Shown: positions 45,826 through 53,193 of the stretch, one piece after another | Layout: every line of letters starts with the position of its first letter | Position numbering within the stretch: the stretch's first letter is position 1 | From: Lachnospiraceae bacterium UBA7109 | Lineage (GTDB): Bacteria > Bacillota > Clostridia > Lachnospirales > Lachnospiraceae | Direction: 5' to 3' | Length of the DNA stretch: 53,193 nt | Assembly (NCBI GenBank): GCA_002492335.1 | Contig: DKYD01000104.1 | Span: 27,749 to 80,941, forward strand | Program-made: the position numbers and the translations under genes | The notes under the pieces: generated by a model | The model's database searches: none | What the model was told of the DNA's origin: nothing | What the model saw: the letters and a program-made list of their open reading frames with translations, nothing else

Positions 45826-47182
45826 AAAAATATCCATAAAAATAAAATCCATGAAAATCCGTAATCAATTCGCTCTTCTGATTGTATGTGCAGGGTTACT
45901 CGCATTTTTATTATTTGAACTTCTCTGGCTGAATAAATGGCCCATTTCCTCAAAGCTTATGGGCACAGATTTTTATCATACACAGTTAGACAACCTTGTT
46001 TTCCTGAATAAATTTTATGAAAAAGCAAAGGAACTGGATCTTCCTGAAAATGAGAACGACACCGAAGCTGCCGCCCTTCTGAAGCCGCTCTTTAACCTGG
46101 CGGACGAATATACCTCCATCTATCTTTATGACAGCAAAAGCGGCCTGTACTTAGCAGGAGAATATGCTTCTGTTATGAAAGAAAAAGATCTGTTTCCCCG
46201 TTTTTTTGCTATTGGATACCGACTGACTGATGGAGAAGGCGAATATATGCGCTTTTTCCCACTGGACTTTCATAATGGTACAGCGATGGTTATGATGATC
46301 AACTATCACCGTTCTTTATTCCTGTATCCTTATTTATGCGGCTGCCTCTTCCTCTCTCTGCTTCTCTTTTTCCTGATTGTTTTATTTTTCATCAGCAGAA
46401 AAATAAAGTCTATTGTAACGCTTGAGAAAGAAGTTCTCACCATGGCGTCCGGTGATTTGACACACCCTCTGCCCGATCTTGGGGAAGATGAAATCGGCAT
46501 TCTGTCTCAGCAGCTAAATCACCTGAGAGAAACGCTGAACGAAAATATTATAAAAGAACAGGAAAGCCGAAAAGCCAATCAGGATCTGATTACTGCCTTA
46601 TCCCATGATCTGCGCACTCCACTCACGATTTTAACGGGATATCTGGAAGTATTGAAACACAGACGAACTCCTGACAGGCAAGAAGAATATCTGGAAAAAT
46701 GTCTTCAGAAAACAGAAGATATCAAAGAACTTACCGACCGGATGTTTGAATACTCCCTTGTCTCCGAAGAAAACGAAACACCGGAACTCATCTGGATTTC
46801 TACCAATTTTATCCGGCAAACGCTGCATGAAAACTGCGACTTTATCAGGCTTGCCGGCTTTCATCCTGCATTCTCTATGTCTGAAAGCTCCTGCGTATTA
46901 AAAAGTGATAAAATAATGCTGAAACGCATTTTCACAAATCTTTTTTCCAATATTTTAAAATACGGTGATAAAAAAAAGCAGGTACTCATATCCGGTACAT
47001 TTCATAAAGGAACTTTAACTGTAACAATATCAAACACAATTAAAAATGAAAATGCCCAAACCCTCAGCAACAATATCGGTCTCAAAAATGTACAGAAAAT
47101 GTTATATCTGCTTGGCGGAGAAATGGCTGTCAGCAGGAACTCAGATTCTTTTACTGTTAAACTAAAATTTTACACACTCTGA
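45818..47182 (+). CDS. sensor histidine kinase (two TM, HAMP, HisKA, HATPase)
   Basis: H-box ALSHDLRTPLT and a C-terminal ATPase domain. 8-nt overlap with the RR gene. Confidence 0.9.
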   Translation: MIKKISIKIKSMKIRNQFALLIVCAGLLAFLLFELLWLNKWPISSKLMGTDFYHTQLDNLVFLNKFYEKAKELDLPENENDTEAAALLKPLFNLADEYTSIYLYDSKSGLYLAGEYASVMKEKDLFPRFFAIGYRLTDGEGEYMRFFPLDFHNGTAMVMMINYHRSLFLYPYLCGCLFLSLLLFFLIVLFFISRKIKSIVTLEKEVLTMASGDLTHPLPDLGEDEIGILSQQLNHLRETLNENIIKEQESRKANQDLITALSHDLRTPLTILTGYLEVLKHRRTPDRQEEYLEKCLQKTEDIKELTDRMFEYSLVSEENETPELIWISTNFIRQTLHENCDFIRLAGFHPAFSMSESSCVLKSDKIMLKRIFTNLFSNILKYGDKKKQVLISGTFHKGTLTVTISNTIKNENAQTLSNNIGLKNVQKMLYLLGGEMAVSRNSDSFTVKLKFYTL

Positions 47183-48771
47183 CTGTCGACGGCATTTCCA
47201 GACAGCAGCCGCCAGCTGCTTAATTCTGTCTTTCCATAAGGAATCCCCAGATTCTTAAGCATTTCTTCTTCCCGCTTCTGGCAGGTAAAGAGAAGCACCT
47301 GCCTCTTATTTCTGTAAAGCCACTCAAGCGTCTGCTCCAGACGCACATCGTCGTAATACGCGAACGTATCATCCAGAATAACCGGAAATTCTTCACCCAT
47401 CATCTCTCCTACCGCCATACGGAGAGCAAAATAAACCTGCTCAACACTTCCTCTGCTCACCTGCCGGATAGAAATCCTGCGTCCTTCCGACAATAAATAA
47501 GGCGTCAGTCCATCCTCTATCACAAGCCGGTTGTATTTCCCACCGGTAATATCCCCTATAATTTCTGAAGCCCTTGCATTCAGATCTACCCGGAGTTTCT
47601 TCTGCAAATGTTCCGATAATGTCTGAATTCTGTCAATCGCCATCTGAATCGCGGCCTTCTGCCGGTCATATTCCAGATATGTATCGGACACTTCATCAAG
47701 CTCCATCAGCTCCTCCTGGATATTTTCATATCGAACCTGCTTACCTTTGCGTTCTTCTTCTCCCCGCTCCCATGCCCAGATAAGCCGCTCGAGAGATATC
47801 TTTTCTTCTGTCGGTGTAATTTCCTCCAGAATACGTTCAGGCTCAGTCTTTTCCTGCTTTTTCCCGACCTTCATACGGTTCCACACATAGATAAGAAAGC
47901 TCAGAAACAAAACAATCGTAACAAGGAAATTCCATGGTCTCGGAATAACTGCAAAAGCTCCGACAAGAATCAGTAGAAAAATTAGTATTTCTAACGGATG
48001 TATCCTCCATTTTTCCGGACGGATTTCATCAATCACCCGCTGCTTCTGTTCCGGATTTTCCCCAATTTCTTCTTCCCGTTTCCTCCTGTCTGCAATCTCT
48101 TCTTTCAGTTTTTCCTGTTCCTCTGTAATGCGGTGAATATCACGCCATATATAAGAAGCCTCCTGTTCCAGCCTGTCCCGCTGCGTCTTTTTTTCGGACA
48201 CACAGGCCTGCGCCGCTTTCTCCACTTCCTTTTTCTTTCCTTTCAGCACAGATACCGCCGCATCAATATCCAGACTGTCATCCCCTGAAGCATAGTAACT
48301 ATTCGCATAATTCTCCAGCTCCGAAGCCAGGGAACCACCAGGAGCCGCCTTCAGCTGAGCAATCGAAACAGTATTGTCATAGACGGACGGGGTAAGCCCA
48401 TTAAGAAGCATCTCAAGATCTCCGTCTTCTGCCGAAAGCTCCTCACCGTCTTCTTCACAGACAATTGTCGTTTTCTTTGTATACTTATCAAAATTACGCT
48501 CGATAAAAAAATGCTTTCCTCCTGCCTCGATTCTCATTTTCCCCGAATAAAAATTCGGATTCTCCCACGGTTCATACATAGAAAATGTATCATTTATTGC
48601 AGCACGTCCCCGGCCGCGCTCCATACCAAACAGCATCGCTCTTATGAACATATGGATCGTCGACTTTCCGGATTCATTTTCACCGTACAGAAGATTGATT
48701 CCCTCCGAAAGCGTAATCTTTTTATTTAGAAATTTCCCAAAACTACCAAGCAGTAAACTACAAATCTTCAT
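47170..48771 (-). CDS. YhaN/SbcC-like SMC-type ATPase with a central transmembrane hairpin
   Basis: N-terminal Walker A GENESGKST, coiled-coil segments and a C-terminal Walker B PVILDDTFAYYDD. Two adjacent hydrophobic helices sit mid-protein (LEILIFLLILVGAFAVI / FLVTIVLFLSFLIYVW). Confidence 0.75.
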   Translation of the reverse strand: MKICSLLLGSFGKFLNKKITLSEGINLLYGENESGKSTIHMFIRAMLFGMERGRGRAAINDTFSMYEPWENPNFYSGKMRIEAGGKHFFIERNFDKYTKKTTIVCEEDGEELSAEDGDLEMLLNGLTPSVYDNTVSIAQLKAAPGGSLASELENYANSYYASGDDSLDIDAAVSVLKGKKKEVEKAAQACVSEKKTQRDRLEQEASYIWRDIHRITEEQEKLKEEIADRRKREEEIGENPEQKQRVIDEIRPEKWRIHPLEILIFLLILVGAFAVIPRPWNFLVTIVLFLSFLIYVWNRMKVGKKQEKTEPERILEEITPTEEKISLERLIWAWERGEEERKGKQVRYENIQEELMELDEVSDTYLEYDRQKAAIQMAIDRIQTLSEHLQKKLRVDLNARASEIIGDITGGKYNRLVIEDGLTPYLLSEGRRISIRQVSRGSVEQVYFALRMAVGEMMGEEFPVILDDTFAYYDDVRLEQTLEWLYRNKRQVLLFTCQKREEEMLKNLGIPYGKTELSSWRLLSGNAVDSQSV

Positions 48772-48772
48772 A

Positions 48773-49828
48773 CTATCCTCTTCTTGTCTCCATCAATGCA
48801 TGGACGCCTTCGCATAATGCACGATGTTCTATACTTCCCTCTTCATTTCCCTCAAAGCTTTCAATAAACTGTGAAAGAAGATTGTCACGATTTTGTTTCT
48901 TCAGTTTTTCAAACTGATAAGACGGTACGGTATCATCCACAATCTCTATCACATTTCCCAGATCATCCCTGTCATTTACATCAAAAAGAATATCCGCATC
49001 TCTTTCTCCTGTAAGGATGATTTTATAAATATGTTCCTCTCCCTTTTCGGCAATCTTTTCCCGTATCAGAGTCCTCACCGCATGTCCTGTCATATCCGCC
49101 CGGACAGGAACCTCCATGTGCACATATTCCCTTGATGCGGCAGGAACAAATTTCGTCCGGCAGCCCTTTGTCGTCAGCTCACCTGATATATACCCATGGA
49201 TACCTGTATCATTTTTGTCGATCGGCTCCAGCGCCCCGGCATATGCAATCTTCCCCGGACAGATCTGCTGCGGCTTGTGAATATGTCCAAGGGCAATATA
49301 ATCATATCCCAGACCAAGCAGATCCTCCTTCTTCATCGGAATATGCTTCTCGTCACCACCGTGGGCAAGGAGAATCTCATAAGCCTGCCGTCTCTGTGGA
49401 AATGCCCGTGCATAAAGCTCCTCCGTAATCTCCCTTGTATAATAGCTGAGTCCGTAGACCGCGAGAGAATACTCCGGGAATTCCACACAGGAAATCTCCC
49501 CGGATAGAAGCATGTGTACATGATCTGCCCACACAAAGGTTCTGTAATAAGAATCCTTCCCCACATAATCATGATTTCCTGCAATCATCACTACCTGTGT
49601 ATGAGAAAGAGACGAAAATAAATAATTCAGCTCCTTTAATTCCCTCTTCAGCGGCTGCCTGTGAAACAGATCTCCTGCAATCAGCAGCAAATCTATCCGC
49701 TGTGCCTCACAGATCCTGATGACCTTTTCGAGACTGCTCCATATTTCTTTTGCCCGTTTTTCCCTGTGTACGCTTCCAATTTGCGGTTCTGCCCCCAAAT
49801 GAACGTCTGCGATGTGTATGAATTTCAT
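48773..49828 (-). CDS. YhaO/SbcD-like metallophosphoesterase (DNA repair exonuclease family)
   Basis: MKFIHIADVHLG (motif I), GDLFH, AGNHD, GHIH. ATG 49828 chosen; the track's extension to 49930 is rejected. Confidence 0.85.
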   Translation of the reverse strand: MKFIHIADVHLGAEPQIGSVHREKRAKEIWSSLEKVIRICEAQRIDLLLIAGDLFHRQPLKRELKELNYLFSSLSHTQVVMIAGNHDYVGKDSYYRTFVWADHVHMLLSGEISCVEFPEYSLAVYGLSYYTREITEELYARAFPQRRQAYEILLAHGGDEKHIPMKKEDLLGLGYDYIALGHIHKPQQICPGKIAYAGALEPIDKNDTGIHGYISGELTTKGCRTKFVPAASREYVHMEVPVRADMTGHAVRTLIREKIAEKGEEHIYKIILTGERDADILFDVNDRDDLGNVIEIVDDTVPSYQFEKLKKQNRDNLLSQFIESFEGNEEGSIEHRALCEGVHALMETRRG

Positions 49829-50969
49829 CTTCTGCTTCCTTTTCCTTCTCCTTTGACGGCAGCAATACGATAAACTGCGTCTTTCGCTCGTCACTCTTTG
49901 CCCGGATCTTCCCACCATGCTTCTCCACAATTACCTTTGCAATGGCAAGCCCCAGACCGGCCCCTCCTGTTCCGCTGGACCTTGAATTATCTACCCGGTA
50001 AAATTTTTCAAATATCGTCTGAAGCATATCTCCCGGAATTTTATTTCCTTCATTGGTAAATGTAATCTCTACGCCGTCCCGTTTCATCCGCGCCGCTATC
50101 TCAATCCTTGTATTTTCATAACAATACGCGATCGCATTCCGCAAAATATTATCAAATACCCTGGCAAGCTTATCCGGGTCTCCATAAACAACCAGATTTT
50201 CCTCCACATCCACTTTACAAGACAGCTTCTTTTCCTGCAGCACACCGTACAGCTCGTCCGCAATCTGCTCCAGCATCATAGAAAGGTTAATCTCCACCGG
50301 ACTCAGCTCTATATTCTGAAGATTATAACGGGTGATATCAAAAAATTCGTTAATAAGCTCCCCCAGACGAAGTGATTTCTCCAGCGCAATATGGGTATAC
50401 TTTTCCCGTTCCTCCTCCGGCATATCCGGATGACCGTCCAGCATACTTAAGTATGCCACAATAGAAGTAAGCGGTGTTTTTAAATCATGGGCAAGAAAAA
50501 GCACCAGATCATTCTTCTTCTTTTCACTTTCCGCCGACTGTATTTCCTGCCGTTTCAAAGTCGCCTTAATCTCATTCAAACGAATTTCAAAGGGCTTCAA
50601 TTCCGTGATCAGATGAATCGGCTCTGTTGATTCCGAGACAATATTCTCAATTCCCTCTTCCAGATCATCCAGATACTTTGTCATTTTTGACAGCGCCACA
50701 TAGAAAAACAATGCAAATAAAAGAAGGAAGCCGACAATAATATAAAAATCTTTATTATCACCCAGAATCCTCCAGTAAAGCTCGATCGCCCGTTCCTCTT
50801 CCACGTGAAACTCTTTCAGTACATCTACAAATGTCTTTGCGAAACTGTCATTATATATCCCATCAATAACATAATTCAGCAAAAAACCGCCGACAAGTAC
50901 CGTAAGCGCCGTCACCAGCACTGTCTGCAGTAAAATGCTGAATTTTAGTTTACGATAATTATTCTTCAA
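49707..50969 (-). CDS. VanS-like sensor histidine kinase
   Basis: H-box FLAHDLKTPLTSIVAYLSML, plus ITRYNLQ, GDPDKLARVFDNILRNA and GGAGLGLAIAK closely resemble VanS-type kinases as I recall them. A basic tail of about 40 aa overlaps the next gene. Confidence 0.88.
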   Translation of the reverse strand: MKNNYRKLKFSILLQTVLVTALTVLVGGFLLNYVIDGIYNDSFAKTFVDVLKEFHVEEERAIELYWRILGDNKDFYIIVGFLLLFALFFYVALSKMTKYLDDLEEGIENIVSESTEPIHLITELKPFEIRLNEIKATLKRQEIQSAESEKKKNDLVLFLAHDLKTPLTSIVAYLSMLDGHPDMPEEEREKYTHIALEKSLRLGELINEFFDITRYNLQNIELSPVEINLSMMLEQIADELYGVLQEKKLSCKVDVEENLVVYGDPDKLARVFDNILRNAIAYCYENTRIEIAARMKRDGVEITFTNEGNKIPGDMLQTIFEKFYRVDNSRSSGTGGAGLGLAIAKVIVEKHGGKIRAKSDERKTQFIVLLPSKEKEKEAEDEIHTHRRRSFGGRTANWKRTQGKTGKRNMEQSRKGHQDL

Positions 50970-51648
50970 CCTTATAACCTACTCCCCATACCGTCTTAAT
51001 AAAATCAGATTTACCTGTAGGAATACTCATCTTCTCACGGAGATGGCGGATATGTACCATAACTGTATTATTGCTGTTTTTGTAGTATTTCTCATTCCAT
51101 ACCTGCTCAAACAGCTCTTCTGAACTCATAACCTTTCCCCTGTTTTCACACAGCAGCCACAAGATTTCAAATTCAATCGGCGTTAGTGTCAGCGGAACCT
51201 CATTGTAAACACATTCATGCGAACTCCGGTTGAGAAACAGCCCGCCAAAGTCAATAATATCGCCTTCTTCTTTTGTATTTTCATTATACTGTGTATACCG
51301 CCTGAGCTGTGCCTTTACCCGGGCCATAAGCTCCAGAGGATTAAACGGTTTGGGAATGTAATCATCCGCTCCCAGTGTAAGTCCTGTAATCTTATCGATA
51401 TATTCCGTCTTTGCCGTCAGCATAATCACCGGAAATGTATATTTTTCCCGGATACGCTTCAATATATGAAATCCGTCTACATCAGGAAGCATAATATCCA
51501 AAAGCGCCAGATCGATCTTCGTGTTCTCGATACATGCAAGCGCTTCTTCTCCGGTATAAAATTTAAATACATGATATTGATCATTTTGAAGATACAGCTC
51601 AACGACATCTGCAATTTCCTTCTCATCATCAACAACTAAAATATTCAT
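50959..51648 (-). CDS. VanR-like OmpR-family response regulator
   Basis: ILVVDDEKEIADVVELYLQN..Y.VFKFYTGEEALACI and ...VHIRHLREKM....IKTVWGVGYK resemble VanR as I recall it. Confidence 0.9.
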   Translation of the reverse strand: MNILVVDDEKEIADVVELYLQNDQYHVFKFYTGEEALACIENTKIDLALLDIMLPDVDGFHILKRIREKYTFPVIMLTAKTEYIDKITGLTLGADDYIPKPFNPLELMARVKAQLRRYTQYNENTKEEGDIIDFGGLFLNRSSHECVYNEVPLTLTPIEFEILWLLCENRGKVMSSEELFEQVWNEKYYKNSNNTVMVHIRHLREKMSIPTGKSDFIKTVWGVGYKVEE

Positions 51649-51674
51649 AGAACTCCTTCTCTTTTCTCCTGCTC

Positions 51675-53066
51675 TTACAATTCACAGTTATTTACAGTTC
51701 TTGGGAAAGGCAGCACATCTCGGATGTTGCCCATTCCTGTAAGATACATAATGCATCTTTCGAATCCCAGGCCAAACCCGGAATGTCTCGTAGAGCCGTA
51801 TTTTCTGAGATCCATATAGAAGCTGTAATCTTCTTCCTTTAATCCCAGTTCCTTCATTCTCGCCGCCAGTTTTTCAAAATTATCCTCTCTCTGGCTTCCG
51901 CCGATAATCTCACCAATTCCCGGAACAAGACAGTCTACTGCCGCAACCGTCTTTCCGTCATCATTTTGTTTCATATAAAACGCTTTTATTTCTTTCGGGT
52001 AATCTGTTACAAATACCGGACGTTTATAAATCTGCTCTGTCAGATATCTCTCATGCTCTGTCTGCAAGTCTGTACCCCAGGATACCTTATACTCAAAGTT
52101 ATCATTATTCTTCTCCAGAAGCTCCACTGCCTCTGTATAAGTCACTCTTGCAAATTCAGATGACACTACATTATTCAGTCTGTCAAGAAGTCCCTTGTCC
52201 ACAAAGGAATTAAAAAAGTGCATCTCTTCCGGAGCATTCTCCAGCACATAGTTGATCACATATTTTAACATAGCTTCTGCAAGATCCATATCATCTTCCA
52301 GATCTGCAAATGCCATCTCCGGCTCAATCATCCAGAACTCCGCCGCATGTCTCGTCGTATTGGAATTCTCTGCACGGAAAGTCGGTCCAAACGTATAGAC
52401 GTCTTTAAATGCCTGCGCATAAGTCTCCGCATTCAGCTGTCCGCTTACCGTAAGGCTTGTCTCCTTGCCAAAGAAGTCTTTGGAATAGTCAACTTCCCCA
52501 TCTTCTGTAAGTGGAATATCCGCCGGGTTCATTGTCGTTACACGGAACATTTCCCCCGCACCCTCACAGTCACTTCCTGTGATAATCGGTGTGTGCACAT
52601 ATACAAAGCCTCTCTCCTGAAAGAATTTGTGAAGCGCATATGCCGTCAGAGAACGCACACGGAATACCGCCTGGAAGGTATTAGTCCTCGGACGCAGATG
52701 TGCGATCGTGCGCAGATATTCAAAACTGTGGCGCTTCTTCTGAAGCGGATAATCCGGTGCGGAAGCCCCCTCAACCACAACCTCATCCGCCTGTATCTCA
52801 AATGGTTGCTTTGCCTGCGGCGTTGCAACAAGCATACCTTTTATAATAATTGCCGCGCCTACATTTAACCGGGATATCTCATCAAAATTATCCATCTTGT
52901 CATGGTATACAACCTGAAGCGGTTCAAAAAAAGTACCGTCATTTACAACAATAAAACCAAATGATTTGGAGCCGCGAATACTGCGGACCCACCCTCCAAC
53001 AGTAATTTCTTTATCAAGATAATCCTCTTTGTGTCTGTATAAGTCTTTAATCCTAATCAAATCCAT
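51675..53066 (-). CDS. asnS: asparagine--tRNA ligase
   Basis: OB-fold N-terminus ([24 protein letters not shown]), class IIb motifs, and motif 3 [15 protein letters not shown]. 463 aa. Confidence 0.94.
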   Translation of the reverse strand: MDLIRIKDLYRHKEDYLDKEITVGGWVRSIRGSKSFGFIVVNDGTFFEPLQVVYHDKMDNFDEISRLNVGAAIIIKGMLVATPQAKQPFEIQADEVVVEGASAPDYPLQKKRHSFEYLRTIAHLRPRTNTFQAVFRVRSLTAYALHKFFQERGFVYVHTPIITGSDCEGAGEMFRVTTMNPADIPLTEDGEVDYSKDFFGKETSLTVSGQLNAETYAQAFKDVYTFGPTFRAENSNTTRHAAEFWMIEPEMAFADLEDDMDLAEAMLKYVINYVLENAPEEMHFFNSFVDKGLLDRLNNVVSSEFARVTYTEAVELLEKNNDNFEYKVSWGTDLQTEHERYLTEQIYKRPVFVTDYPKEIKAFYMKQNDDGKTVAAVDCLVPGIGEIIGGSQREDNFEKLAARMKELGLKEEDYSFYMDLRKYGSTRHSGFGLGFERCIMYLTGMGNIRDVLPFPRTVNNCEL

Positions 53067-53193
53067 ACCAATAACTCCTTCTTGTCTTTTTCGTCATGTA
53101 GCCATTATAGCATACCCTTTTCTATTTTAAAAGGTGGGATACTGCTACATTTTGCAAAACCATTTAAAAAAAGGGGCTGTCGCACTAAGTAAT

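Noticed and set aside
1-53193. CRISPR arrays, rRNA and tRNA genes, and prophage or classical defence-system genes.
   Set aside because: I saw no regularly spaced direct repeats, no rRNA- or tRNA-like sequences in the intergenic gaps I inspected, and no phage structural, restriction-modification, Cas or other recognisable defence genes.

Overview
This 53-kb window looks like a low-GC Firmicute chromosome, probably a spore-forming Clostridia or Lachnospiraceae-like gut anaerobe. That call rests on gene content and synteny only; no database search was possible.

Most of the window is core genome:
- The classic hup-yabO-yabP-yabQ-divIC-spoIIE-tilS-hpt-ftsH block on the minus strand.
- proS, an rluA-family gene, cca, spoVG, glgD, glgC and murC.
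- A DnaD-like/DnaI-like replication-loader pair, a Prs-like kinase and asnS.
- Several two-component systems, a csbB/yfhO-like glycosylation pair and a yhaO/yhaN-like nuclease/ATPase pair.

The clear accessory region is a visibly AT-richer island of about 11 kb (about 11630-22771, all minus strand) between cca and spoVG. It is a quorum-sensing-type class II bacteriocin locus. In transcription order it carries:
- A LytTR response regulator and an AgrC/ComD-type histidine kinase.
- IS debris: a decayed transposase relic and an intact IS110-family element.
- Three small double-glycine-leader peptide genes that the >=60-aa ORF track misses (17963-18491).
- Two CPBP/Abi immunity-type proteases and a frameshifted DUF3267 zincin gene.
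- A C39-peptidase ABC exporter (PCAT) and its HlyD-family accessory protein.

The three peptides are the main find. I do not recognise them from memory. Two carry GxxxG motifs, as two-peptide bacteriocins do, and the third is short and cationic like an inducing pheromone.

Secondary points of interest:
- A triple DnaA-box cluster upstream of the DnaD-like gene.
- A BlaI/BlaR1(M56)-type module fused operonically to a MacB-type ABC exporter.
- A 166-bp nested perfect inverted repeat.
- A SpoIIE homologue with no membrane domain.
- A VanRS-like two-component system whose kinase tail overlaps the next gene by about 120 nt.
- An SMC/Rad50-like ATPase with a transmembrane hairpin.
- A DUF2752 + CD225 membrane-protein pair.

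No rRNA, tRNA or CRISPR array was seen. Start codons are best guesses from RBS context.
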